Shown here: positions 36,210 to 46,111 of the stretch, piece after piece
How the letters are laid out: every line of letters begins with the position of its first letter
Numbering within the stretch: position 1 is the stretch's first letter
Source of the DNA: a virus
Length of the DNA stretch: 64,000 nucleotides
Reading direction: 5' to 3' (one strand)
IMG/VR virus record: IMGVR_UViG_3300012642_000011
Span: 320,001 to 384,000 of that record
The notes under the pieces: model-generated
What the model was told of the DNA's origin: nothing
Seen by the model: only the letters and a program-made list of their open reading frames with translations
Database searches by the model: none
Translations under genes and position numbers: made by a program

Positions 36210-37601
36210 TTAATCCTTGATGCTCTTGTTAGCGCTCTCACGCGCCTTATATGAAGCACCATGAACACCCTGATACAATCTTGTGATGCTCATCATCTGG
36301 TTGTTGAAGAACTCTTTCATCTTTTCTCTAATCTCATCTTCTCTGATACTAGAAATAGCCCGCTTCTGACTATCCATGAGTTTCATCACGTAAGGTGCAG
36401 CCTCTGATGACCTGTCTGCTCTTGCCAAGAATGTCAATACTTTGGCAAAATTATTGATTGACTTTGGATCAACTGAATTCTGTTCAGCATAGCGAAGAAC
36501 ATCATTGACCTCACTATGTGACAATGTTCCCCAACCATCAAAGGATTGGGGATCTGCAAATATTTCGGAGACGTTGATCCTTGACTCAAGATTATTTCTT
36601 TTCAGCCATCCCCTAAAGACACTAGCAGCCTTGATTCCAATAAGCCCCACAGCAGCATTATCCTCAATCATGGGGTCTGTTGTCTGCATAGAGGAAAGCA
36701 CTTTAATCAGATTATCCCAACTTCTTCTTGACGGCCATGCATACTGCATCACAGTCATAGATACATCGTCATTTATATCCCCCATCCCCATCATTGCAGC
36801 CATGCCGTCAATACTGGAATTGGACACTTGACGTGAGTTACCTTTCATCCTATCATTTAATGTTGAACCACTTACCGATTTACCATCATCTATAGTCCCA
36901 TCCATATTGTGTAGCCATCCAGGATTCTCCTTAATGAAGTCGTGAACAATCTGCCTCCATCTTTTCTCTTCATCAGAAAGTTGATCACCCTTTCCCCAAT
37001 TATCAATCATTCCCGATAACCATGATTCCACTGTTGGCTTCCACGCAATGAACATCATTCTGTTCACTGTTGCCTTATCCATCTCATAACCATCTGCTGC
37101 TGAAGACGTTGGGTTCATTGCCCCTACTAAAATCGTCTCCTCAGGAAGATAATCACCATTGGGAAATTGCCTGTCTTGGAAGAAGGAAAGCAATGATGCA
37201 CGCACTGATGGCGGTGTGTTGGAGAATTCATCAACGAAAACCATGACTCTCTTTTTCTCCATCACTATCCACTGCCAATATTGTGGAGCATATGCAGTCA
37301 TGATTCCTATTTTTTCGCCACTCTCATTGATAACGTCTTCTTTCGTAGGGAAACCAGAGATATCCTGTGGCTCCATTCTTGACGGCACAATAATGATCAA
37401 AAAATACCCTAAACGTTCTGCCAGTGCTTTAACCATAGCCGTCTTTGATGTTGCAGGATCGCCCACAAGCATAGGCATGATTCGGGCGCGCATGGCCGCT
37501 TCCATAGTGTGATAGGCTACAAAGTCTGTTTCTTTTAATGATACCATTGTCTTCCTTAAAATAAATAACTCTCCCAGAGTTATATCTGGGAGAGTTATCA
37601 A
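36210..37601 (-). CDS. MoxR-like AAA_5 family ATPase
   Basis: Walker A GDPATSKT, Walker B VMVFVDEF and sensor 1 LVGAMNPT, with a long C-terminal extension. Confidence 0.6.
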   Translation of the reverse strand: MITLPDITLGELFILRKTMVSLKETDFVAYHTMEAAMRARIMPMLVGDPATSKTAMVKALAERLGYFLIIIVPSRMEPQDISGFPTKEDVINESGEKIGIMTAYAPQYWQWIVMEKKRVMVFVDEFSNTPPSVRASLLSFFQDRQFPNGDYLPEETILVGAMNPTSSAADGYEMDKATVNRMMFIAWKPTVESWLSGMIDNWGKGDQLSDEEKRWRQIVHDFIKENPGWLHNMDGTIDDGKSVSGSTLNDRMKGNSRQVSNSSIDGMAAMMGMGDINDDVSMTVMQYAWPSRRSWDNLIKVLSSMQTTDPMIEDNAAVGLIGIKAASVFRGWLKRNNLESRINVSEIFADPQSFDGWGTLSHSEVNDVLRYAEQNSVDPKSINNFAKVLTFLARADRSSEAAPYVMKLMDSQKRAISSIREDEIREKMKEFFNNQMMSITRLYQGVHGASYKARESANKSIKD

Positions 37602-37619
37602 TTGGATGTTAGAAGATCA

Positions 37620-38783
37620 TCACTTCTTTGACTCAGGAGCCTTGATGGAAACAGTTTCCGTTTCCTCAACGGCAGCAAGATCCTCATCGATATCATCATT
37701 CAAATCAACTTCAAGGTTCTGAGAATCAAAACCACCTTCCTTCATGTTTTCACGAGCAGTTCTCATCATCCTATCAATGACATCGGGGTTTTCTGAGAGG
37801 AATGTCTCAGCCTCTGCCCTTGACTTACCGATGATTTCACCTGTCTCAGCGTCAATATAAGTCCTATTGTTCGGTCTCTGAATAACTCCGAACTTATCCC
37901 CAACTGTAAGAAGTTCTGCTACTCTATCCAGTCCTGACCCGAACCTGATAACTGTAGAACCCTTGGCACCGGGAGGTGCAATCTTGTTCTTCTTGACCTC
38001 GAACGTCAACTTTGATGCAGATGCTGCAGATTCATTGTTTCCTGAACGCTCTTCAATCTTCGACCTCTTAATTTCAATTCTCTGTGAAGCATAGAACTTC
38101 GTTGCCTTACCACCGGGAGTCGTCTGTGGTGTACCATAAGGAGAGAATCCACCAATCTGATCACGAGTCTGGTTGATCAAAATAAAAGTTGTTCCTGTCT
38201 GACTGGCGAGACCAATCAACTTTCTCAATCCCGCAGAGAGTTTACGAGCAAGAAGCCCAACAGTGATATCTTCTGCACCGCCTTCAAGTTCAGCAAGTGG
38301 AACCATAGCAGCAATAGAGTCCAAGACAACAAGTTTAAGCATGCCGTCTTCAGCAAGTTGACACATGAGATCAATTGCCTTTTCAGCATAAGAAGGCTGT
38401 GCATAAACCAATTTATCCATATCTACGCCCAATTTCGCAGCATAACTGGGATCAAGGGCATATTCCATGTCAATGAAACCCGCATAACCACCATTCTTAT
38501 GGACTTCAGCAATGGATGTCAAAGCGAACGTCGTCTTACCTGAGGATTCTGGCCCAAAGATCTCAATAACTCTGCCTACAGGGATTCCACCGCCCAAAGC
38601 ATTGTCCAGAACCATTGATCCTGTGCTTATAGTGGGAACATTCTTAGGCTTATCGCTCATAAGCATGATGCCAGAACTTTTGAAAACGCTCTTATCGTTG
38701 CTAAACGATTGTACATAATCCTGAATATTCTTTTCAATTTCACTTTTTGCTACCATTTGACATTCTCCTTTTATTTCTGGCAT
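37620..38783 (-). CDS. recA: RecA recombinase
   Basis: GPESSGKTT P-loop and RecA-collinear core (LDSIAAMVP ... FINQTRDQIG), plus a ~60-aa acidic C-terminal extension. Confidence 0.85.
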   Translation of the reverse strand: MPEIKGECQMVAKSEIEKNIQDYVQSFSNDKSVFKSSGIMLMSDKPKNVPTISTGSMVLDNALGGGIPVGRVIEIFGPESSGKTTFALTSIAEVHKNGGYAGFIDMEYALDPSYAAKLGVDMDKLVYAQPSYAEKAIDLMCQLAEDGMLKLVVLDSIAAMVPLAELEGGAEDITVGLLARKLSAGLRKLIGLASQTGTTFILINQTRDQIGGFSPYGTPQTTPGGKATKFYASQRIEIKRSKIEERSGNNESAASASKLTFEVKKNKIAPPGAKGSTVIRFGSGLDRVAELLTVGDKFGVIQRPNNRTYIDAETGEIIGKSRAEAETFLSENPDVIDRMMRTARENMKEGGFDSQNLEVDLNDDIDEDLAAVEETETVSIKAPESKK

Positions 38784-38853
38784 CTATACGTTAAAGTATT
38801 TCTTATCTCTTCGGACTCTGCCGACACAAGTCTATTTTAACTAAAGGCTGTTT

Positions 38854-40449
38854 CTAAAACTCAGAGAGTTGCAAAATTTTTATCAATCCTTTAATTCCTT
38901 CGGGAACAAGGTTGTCTTTTTCAGATATGACAAGCATTACATAAACGATTTGAGGGTTAGCGCTTACTATGTCAGCGATCTTCTGCCAATCATCTCCCCC
39001 GAGTTCGGCATCTGTGGCAAGTACGAAAACATCAGGCTGATCTTTACGAGGCAGTTCTGTCACATACCTATACCCTACAGACATCGTGGTGCCACCACCG
39101 ATACTCAAGTCAAGTTCTTTAAACGACCTTACTTTTCTGATCTGAGAAACAGAAGTTGATACCGCGAAAAAACTCATGTTCCTTCTTGTCTTGAAAGCCT
39201 TTGCAACAATTCCTTCTGCCTCAGATACAGCGGCCTCAATTTTCTCTGTCCCCATGGAACCAGAGATATCAGTTGCAAACATCAAAGTAGGCTCATAGGA
39301 GATTCTACCTGGCATGATGAAATCACCCTGTGACCTTCTGTTCACTCTCTTGTAAGAAAGGTGCTCATGACCTGATTTTGCTTCTGTGTAAGCCTGACTG
39401 ATCAGACGAGCAAACTCTTTTGTCCAATCCATCTTCGGCGCTGTGATATTAGCCACCATTGCCGCCAAAGCATCACTGACATTCTCGCTATATCCAGAAG
39501 AAGATTTGATTTCCTCTTCAATCCTTTGTATTGCAGATGAAATTGCATTAATCTGCTCTACTGATCCTGCCTTTTCAATACCTGCTTCATCAGCATGATG
39601 CTTTCTTTCATCATTCAGTTGGTCGCATTCATATCCTGCTTCAGAAGACTCTGCATAGCCTTCTGAAGCGTTAGAACCACTTGACCCTGACTCTGATCCT
39701 TCACCGTCTCCACTGCTCTCAGAATCGCTCTCAGCGCCCTCTCCGGCCCCTTCTCCTTCTTGGTTACCATCTCCCTCTTGGCTTTCATCACCATCACTAG
39801 AACTGTCCTCAGAGGAACTTCCCTCATCACCATCTTCCTCTATTTTGTTCTCTGTCTCATAGTAATCTTCTGAGTCAGACTCGCCCTCATTGACAGTTGC
39901 ATTTTCTTCCTCTTCTATCTCCTGATCTTCATCCTGTTCTTGTTCATCATAGTCATGAGGTTCATCTGTGATCTCAATGTCGTCAGGATTTCTTTTCTTC
40001 TTCGCATTTAATTTCTTTAAATAATATTCCATAGACTTTCGGGGAGCAAGTCCATATCTTTTGGGCGTTAAGATTCCTTGAGGTGCCTTTATCACAGTAA
40101 GTTTCATGGAATCCAACAATGTGGTGTTGATTTCAAGGTCTGCACTAATTTGAGCATCATCCAATTCGTACTCTTGGGTTCTAATCACATGGGCATTAAG
40201 CACATGCAATGCTTCATGTGTGACAACAAACGCTCTTTCTGCTGGCGTGGTTTTAGTGAAAAACCAATCGCTCAATCCCACTCTGATGTCAGCATCCACA
40301 TAGGCTGTTTTAGCAGTAGAGTCATAGAAAGGACGCATGGAAAGGAATATATCAATCAGGTGAGGCATCTCTGACTGTGCAAGGACGATAGCCCCATAGA
40401 AGGTCTCTTTCTCTTCTGGTGTCAAGTGTCTAATAAAATTCTTCTTCAT
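38854..40449 (-). CDS. DUF2201-type putative metallopeptidase (HExxH) fused to a VWA domain with a MIDAS motif; candidate partner of the AAA_5 ATPase
   Basis: N-terminal HEALHVLNAH, C-terminal FATDISGSMG (DxSxS), and a long acidic Ser/Gly/Glu-rich linker between them. Confidence 0.6.
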   Translation of the reverse strand: MKKNFIRHLTPEEKETFYGAIVLAQSEMPHLIDIFLSMRPFYDSTAKTAYVDADIRVGLSDWFFTKTTPAERAFVVTHEALHVLNAHVIRTQEYELDDAQISADLEINTTLLDSMKLTVIKAPQGILTPKRYGLAPRKSMEYYLKKLNAKKKRNPDDIEITDEPHDYDEQEQDEDQEIEEEENATVNEGESDSEDYYETENKIEEDGDEGSSSEDSSSDGDESQEGDGNQEGEGAGEGAESDSESSGDGEGSESGSSGSNASEGYAESSEAGYECDQLNDERKHHADEAGIEKAGSVEQINAISSAIQRIEEEIKSSSGYSENVSDALAAMVANITAPKMDWTKEFARLISQAYTEAKSGHEHLSYKRVNRRSQGDFIMPGRISYEPTLMFATDISGSMGTEKIEAAVSEAEGIVAKAFKTRRNMSFFAVSTSVSQIRKVRSFKELDLSIGGGTTMSVGYRYVTELPRKDQPDVFVLATDAELGGDDWQKIADIVSANPQIVYVMLVISEKDNLVPEGIKGLIKILQLSEF

Positions 40450-40459
40450 ACCTTATAAT

Positions 40460-40518
40460 AACAGAAAACAAATGTGGCCGTTGCTAACAATCAGATTGAT
40501 TATCAGCAACGGCCACAT
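40460..40518 (-). terminator. rho-independent terminator 3' of the HNH gene
   Basis: 14-bp stem ATGTGGCCGTTGCT/AGCAACGGCCACAT, followed on the minus strand by TTGTTTTCTGTT. Confidence 0.65.
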
Positions 40519-40528
40519 GATTCATGGA

Positions 40529-41143
40529 TTACATTGAGGCTGCACTGCCCTCCATGATAGCAGTGTAGATCAACTCTTCAAGACCGTCAACACTGGAAGG
40601 AGATGTCTCTACGTATCCTGGTGTGATGACAGGAGACTTGAATCCAACTTCCTCAGGAGTCTTGTCAGACTTCTTAGAGTTGCAAGCCTTGCAAGCGATC
40701 ACAAGGTTTCCCCAAGTGTTTGGGTTCTTTCCCTGCTTGATCAACTTGGACTTAGGCACAACGTGGTCAAGGGTGTCACCATAACCATTGCAGTACCTAC
40801 ACACCTTACCGTCCCTCTTCAAGATCTCATTCTTGTTAGAAGGAGAATCAAGTTCCCTCTTCTTCTTGTTTGAGTGATTTGGGCGAGAATAACGTGTCTG
40901 GCATACCACGAGAGGCCATGAGAACTCAAGATGAGCACTACGAATCAGGCTGTTATCTTCACGTGGCAGGATGACATATGCTTCATTTCTGCTTAGCAGT
41001 GTCGCTACATCCTTCCATGACTTCTTCTCAATCACCTGAAATGAGGGATTGACGATAACAGCAATGTCCTTAGTGATTCTCTTGTTTAACTCAATTAAGC
41101 TCTCCATCGGTATCTTCCTTGTGTTCATTGAAAGCACATACAA
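40529..41143 (-). CDS. HNH endonuclease with an unknown N-terminal domain
   Basis: CRYCNGYGDTLDHVVPKS ... NLVIACKACNSKKSDK. Confidence 0.7.
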   Translation of the reverse strand: MYVLSMNTRKIPMESLIELNKRITKDIAVIVNPSFQVIEKKSWKDVATLLSRNEAYVILPREDNSLIRSAHLEFSWPLVVCQTRYSRPNHSNKKKRELDSPSNKNEILKRDGKVCRYCNGYGDTLDHVVPKSKLIKQGKNPNTWGNLVIACKACNSKKSDKTPEEVGFKSPVITPGYVETSPSSVDGLEELIYTAIMEGSAASM

Positions 41144-41190
41144 GGTGCCTGTGGGTTCTTCTGTGACCCCACCGAGGTAAAGTATACCAC

Positions 41191-42654
41191 TTATCCATCC
41201 AAGATGTCAAGTCCGACCTTTCTAGCCGCTATAGTGATGAATCTTTTTCCATCCGCTTGCTTCAGATCCTCTTTGGATAAGCCGTGAAGAGACATCGCTG
41301 TTGACTTTGCTTCCTTGCTTGCATCAAGTTTCTGAATCTGCATTACTGCGTCCTTCTTCTCCTTGATGTGACTGAACTGTTGAGCGATCTCATAGCCTTT
41401 CAACTGCTCTGACAAGCCTTCAGTGAATGCCTTGTTCAGCATCTTCTTCCTCCTCTCAATCTCTTCAGCGTCATCCTTGGGATCAAGACCATTGGTTATA
41501 GTGTGGTTTGACTTCATCCATGATGAATCACCCTTCTTCAACGCTTCAAAGACTTCATACTGACTTGGATTCTCTTCACGCATAGCATTTCTGATGTCAA
41601 CGGGGGAGAAGTTTGTTCTCACCTTGTGCAAAGCAAGATAATCTTCCTGTTTGATCTTGATTTGCTTCTGTGTAGTAGGGTCATCAGTGATGATTCTGAC
41701 AATGATTCCTTCTGCGTTCTGCCTTGGAGGCAAAGCAAGAGCCTCATTGAGAGTGTTTGCCTTCATTGGAGACGTTCTGTTAAGACCTTTGTCTGCACTC
41801 CACACATCATTATAATCATCAAGAGGAACATACAATCCACTCTTCTTCTGGGTGATGCCGATAAGTCTTATATCTCGCTTATCGTATTTCAAAACAATCC
41901 TATTAGTAGGGCTGACGCCTTCGAAAATAAATGTGTTCTGAGAATGATTGTCAAGAAGATCGTTCATCGTATTGTACATGTTCTCATTCTCTTGAATATG
42001 CTTATTAAACTCTTTAGGCATGTCAAAGGAACCCTTGGTTGCCACTGCTGGCTGACCATCAGGGTCTCTGTAGAGAACAAGCATGGAACCATCAAGTTTA
42101 TCTGTGACTTCAGCCTTAGCATTGAAATCAATAGTGCCCAACTGATCGTCATCGACAGACTCTGTGCCTTCTTCATCATCTCCCAAATGCCAACCCGACT
42201 CCATCTGACTCAATGTATAGAACTTTTCCCATGGCCTCTGGACGACAACTGCGTCAGCAAAGTCATCTCTTGAAGACTGAACTATCAATCCTCTAGCCTG
42301 CCTAGTGATGTTGTTCCACTTGCCTTCCATCTGTGCTCGGGGTGCATAGCAGAGAATCCTCAAAGTATCATCCTTGGGGTGCTGCGGTGAACGGAGATAC
42401 TTATTCTTGATCAAAGGCTGAATCTGGGTAATATCCATGATGGAATCAAGTGAAACTTTCTTATCAGATTTCTTCAATGGTGTGCTCAAAGTCTGATTCA
42501 TTTCCTCATAAGCGGCTCTTGCTTCTGACTCATTACTGAAATGTTCTGAGTCCTTCTGATGTGGGCATGAGCCTACACTTGCAGTACACAATGTGACTTC
42601 ACCTGTTTTCACATTCAATGCATATTTTTTATTTGATGCCATTTTGCAATCCAC
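41191..42654 (-). CDS. ATP-dependent polynucleotide (RNA) ligase, phage Rnl-like
   Basis: Nucleotidyltransferase motif I KLDGS, motif IV EGIIVR and motif V IKIKQ. Confidence 0.55.
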   Translation of the reverse strand: MDCKMASNKKYALNVKTGEVTLCTASVGSCPHQKDSEHFSNESEARAAYEEMNQTLSTPLKKSDKKVSLDSIMDITQIQPLIKNKYLRSPQHPKDDTLRILCYAPRAQMEGKWNNITRQARGLIVQSSRDDFADAVVVQRPWEKFYTLSQMESGWHLGDDEEGTESVDDDQLGTIDFNAKAEVTDKLDGSMLVLYRDPDGQPAVATKGSFDMPKEFNKHIQENENMYNTMNDLLDNHSQNTFIFEGVSPTNRIVLKYDKRDIRLIGITQKKSGLYVPLDDYNDVWSADKGLNRTSPMKANTLNEALALPPRQNAEGIIVRIITDDPTTQKQIKIKQEDYLALHKVRTNFSPVDIRNAMREENPSQYEVFEALKKGDSSWMKSNHTITNGLDPKDDAEEIERRKKMLNKAFTEGLSEQLKGYEIAQQFSHIKEKKDAVMQIQKLDASKEAKSTAMSLHGLSKEDLKQADGKRFITIAARKVGLDILDG

Positions 42655-42735
42655 TCCCTTGAAATAGGTTAAATGATATCTTCTTCTCTAAAGAGGCAAT
42701 TCTATCACAGAGCATGCCATTTTGCAAAGAATGTC

Positions 42736-42772
42736 CACAAAGAAAACAGGCCAGAACGTATGCTCTGGCCTG
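42736..42772 (-). terminator. rho-independent terminator 3' of the BI-1-family gene
   Basis: Hairpin CAGGCCAGA-N8-TCTGGCCTG with an adjacent U-tract on the minus strand. Confidence 0.55.
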
Positions 42773-42799
42773 TAACGTGAACTGAATCAATTAGTCTTA

Positions 42800-43501
42800 T
42801 CAGTCTTTGGAAAGGAACCCCAAGATTTGCAGTAGACTGATGAAGATGTTGTAAATGTCAAGGAATATGTTCAAAGCGTAGATAGATGCCTTGTCTCCAA
42901 ATGCCCTTGTCTTCACAGCCTGCAAATCATATATGATGTAAAGGGAAAAGATGATCAAGACTCCAATGGAGATGACAAAGGAGATCATTGCTGACTTCAG
43001 AAGGAAGATATTCAGCAAGGAGAAAGCGATCAATCCAAGTACGATGGCAAAGAGATACTTGCCCATGGACATGAAGTTCTTCTTACTGGTCCATCCAATA
43101 GCAGCCATAATGCAGAAGATCATAGCAGTTCCAAGAAGAGCATTGATGACGACTGAACCCATACCTGCGCTAGTATACTGCGCTACTACAGCATAGATCA
43201 CAGGACCGAGTGCAGCAGGAACCACGATAGCGAAGAAATCAGCAAATTTGTATAAAAGGTTCCTTACAAATGAGGCAACCAGCAAGCCTACAAGCACAGC
43301 AATAGAGATGGGGAGCACCATTGCAGGTGGGACGAGTGGGCCAATGAAAAGGGCAGAAAGACCACAGATCACCAAAGTGGCCGCTGTCCATGTCAGGACA
43401 CTACGATAGAATTTCTGATTATTGTCAACTTCAGTGTCAGGATATCCCTGACTCATCTGATAGCCGTTCAAGGAAGATCCCTGATAAGTTTTTTGGTCCA
43501 T
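42800..43501 (-). CDS. Bax-inhibitor-1 / YccA (TMBIM) family membrane protein
   Basis: Seven predicted transmembrane helices, with the family-typical C-terminal region YALNIFLDIYNIFISLLQILG. Confidence 0.65.
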   Translation of the reverse strand: MDQKTYQGSSLNGYQMSQGYPDTEVDNNQKFYRSVLTWTAATLVICGLSALFIGPLVPPAMVLPISIAVLVGLLVASFVRNLLYKFADFFAIVVPAALGPVIYAVVAQYTSAGMGSVVINALLGTAMIFCIMAAIGWTSKKNFMSMGKYLFAIVLGLIAFSLLNIFLLKSAMISFVISIGVLIIFSLYIIYDLQAVKTRAFGDKASIYALNIFLDIYNIFISLLQILGFLSKD

Positions 43502-43568
43502 GTGTTATTCCTCCGTTAGAAGTTTTCTTAACTATATTATCACAATAAGCAACGCAACTGATCATGCT

Positions 43569-44231
43569 TCAACTTGTGATCGAAGGGGGATTTGGTATGG
43601 AAATTTCAGAGTATTCCATTTCTTCAAACATCTGGTCTGCTGTGATCACTCTGCCTATAATGACAGGTATATTTTTGTCTTTCTTGTCTCTAGGGGATAA
43701 CGCCAGAATCTGTTGAAAAAATTCCCTTTTATCATACTTTTGAATAGAATTATTATCTTGTACTACTTCATCATCATAGAGGTCACGGACACTATAGTTG
43801 TCTTCTGCCACTGGTCCGATAGATGCAGCAATTCTTTGTAGAACGTTAATGACTGCTTGATCATTTTGGGCATCCATAAAAGATACTACTTCATGAAGAG
43901 ATACATCGTGGTCTCCTGTTTGATGAGTGTTGACGTAATCCCTGATGTCAGACATTTTATTATTATCATATTTTTTCAGGGTTTTCTTATCATTCTTCAC
44001 TCTAGTCGGATGGTAACTTGTATCAATAGAGGATTCCACATACATTAAATGATTTCCTGACACTTTTAGAGTATCCCCATTATCATTTTCTATCTCATAC
44101 ATTTTCTCTGGAATGTGATGATCGTATCCTTTCACCACTGTTACCAATTCACCATTAGGTCCGGGGATTTTATCCCCTTCTCTCAATTCACCTAAAGTTA
44201 CTTCTTCAAATCTTCCCATTATATACCTCAT
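43569..44231 (-). CDS. hypothetical protein (220 aa)
   Basis: ORF overlapping its upstream neighbour by 4 nt. Confidence 0.45.
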   Translation of the reverse strand: MRYIMGRFEEVTLGELREGDKIPGPNGELVTVVKGYDHHIPEKMYEIENDNGDTLKVSGNHLMYVESSIDTSYHPTRVKNDKKTLKKYDNNKMSDIRDYVNTHQTGDHDVSLHEVVSFMDAQNDQAVINVLQRIAASIGPVAEDNYSVRDLYDDEVVQDNNSIQKYDKREFFQQILALSPRDKKDKNIPVIIGRVITADQMFEEMEYSEISIPNPPSITS

Positions 44232-46096
44232 TCCATTTCTATGATCATATCATCCAGAGTGGTCAAATACTTCTTATATGCCTCAAGTTTTTTCTTTTTC
44301 AGGTTGTTGACTTCCATGCCATATTCATTGATTTCTCGTGTGTTTGTCGAATGCAGAATCACATTGTGTTTTTTACTCTTAGAGTAACCTACACCTATCC
44401 AATCTTTTTTAGGCGTTCCAGATTCCACATATCTTTGAGGATAGAGAGAAGACATGGCATATGTGTTGGTATCACCTATGGCAGCAAACATATCGAATTT
44501 TTTAATGAGATCGTCTGGCATAGCAGTCACATCTTCAATAGCAAAGAATGGGTACACGTTCTTGTTGGGAGAAGTGATCAACACATGAATGGCTTTTGAT
44601 TCTGATGATGTCAACTTTCTATCCGCCAAAATAAAGAAAGGGATATAGAATCTCCTTGTAGAATCATAATAACCATAATTGGATTCATGAATTCTCTGTC
44701 TGTACTTTTGTATTCTTGTGACTTCTTTTTCAACACTGTGGGCATACTTGAAATTGATTGCTTTGCTATGTTCTCTGATGTTGTTCTTGAACTCATCTTT
44801 CTTGTTTTCAGAGAAATCAATGATTTCAAAGTACATGGAGTCTTGATGTGTCCTAGAATGATTTTTCACTCTTTGTAGAATATGATCAATTTCATCTTGG
44901 GTGTTGTATCCTATGAGCACACTTCTAGCATCCGTGGGTGACCACCTGAATGGACTCATCCTTGACCTATATAGAGTGAACTTCACGTCAGAGTGATTGA
45001 AATAGAAACCATTCTCAAACGCTTCATCTAACGGATCGTTTTCTACTTTTGACTTACCACGGTAACGTGCCATAGACTGTTTCTCTCAATCTTCGACATA
45101 TCTCAAGACTTTGGTGTTGATGTCCTCTGCCTTGCCACCACCAGTACCACCTGCAATGAGTACCATGGGTGCTACAACGATTTCTCCACCTAATTTAACA
45201 CCATGTTTCTTGGCAAGGGAGACTTGCTCTCCTGCAAGATCAAATCCAAGAACATTCTCCTTTTCCCCTGTCTCTGGATCAACGAGTTCTACACCATTTT
45301 CAACGCCAAGAGCAATAGGGAAAAAGCTCCATGCAATTCTTTCATCCAGCACATACTTCTCACTCCATGGTGCTTTCATAGGCAATGGTGGCACAGCCTT
45401 GATAGTGTACTCTCCATTCTCTCCATCCCAACCAGGATTACCATTATCTTGAGTATTGTGCGTCACAAATGTGGTTTCTGATCCAAACACTTGATTGAAT
45501 TGTCTCAAGAACCCATCTTCAGCATTTTGGTCAAGTGTAGGTGGGATATAAAACTTTACTTCTTGGGGGTAAACAAGATCTCTCCATTCTTTTACTTCAA
45601 CAACAGCATTGGGGTTTTCAGCATACTCTCTTGAGATGCTCAATTTGGCAGCAGCAATTTCAAACATCTTCCCAATCTTATTGCTCCTAACATCAACTAC
45701 GCTCTTGGCACGATTCATAGCGTAGAATACCGCTATGAGAAACACACAGAATGCTGCTACGTATCCAAGAGCTTGATTCATAATTTCGCTTGAGAATGTT
45801 GAGTAAACCATCAGGATCATTCCTAGTATGTAGATTATTAAAGCGATCTGTCTATTTTGAAGTGATCCTAAAGTTGACTTACCAAAAGTGGCTACTCTCT
45901 TATCTTTGAAGGCAAAGGAAAGCCTTGGTCCCCATTTATTAGACCAGATAGGTTTAGGGATCTTTTTAGCCTTATTCTTCCTTGCCTTCTCCATAGCAGG
46001 CTTCACTCTCATTTCAGTATGCAATACAGCCATCAATCTAAAAAGAATAGGGTATACAAACAAGTATACGCATATCACTATAATTGCATTCGTCAT
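44228..46096 (-). pseudogene. FtsK/SpoIIIE/VirD4-like membrane-anchored P-loop NTPase split by an in-frame TGA (plus-strand complement TCA at 45086-45088) into ORFs 45086..46096 and 44228..45073
   Basis: The N-terminal ORF has 2-3 transmembrane helices and ends 18 aa after an FtsK-type Walker A (VVAPMVLIAGGTGGGKAEDINTKVL). The downstream ORF is in the same frame after 4 sense codons (EKQS), has only a weak SD, and contains KAIHVLITSPN, which resembles the FtsK GIHLVLATQRP segment. The functional assignment is tentative. Confidence 0.4.
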
Positions 46097-46111
46097 TTTT
46101 ACTCCTTATAA

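Noticed and set aside
41626-42273. 215-aa plus-strand ORF inside the RNA ligase gene
   Set aside because: It is antisense to an ORF carrying conserved nucleotidyltransferase motifs, has no SD and is low-complexity.
43569-44231. N-terminus of the 220-aa protein resembling a Hint/intein-like domain
   Set aside because: There is no Cys/Ser at position 1 and no terminal HN or TXXH blocks. The resemblance (VTLGELREGDKI...GELVTVV) is compatible with a generic SH3/KOW-like beta barrel, so I made no call.
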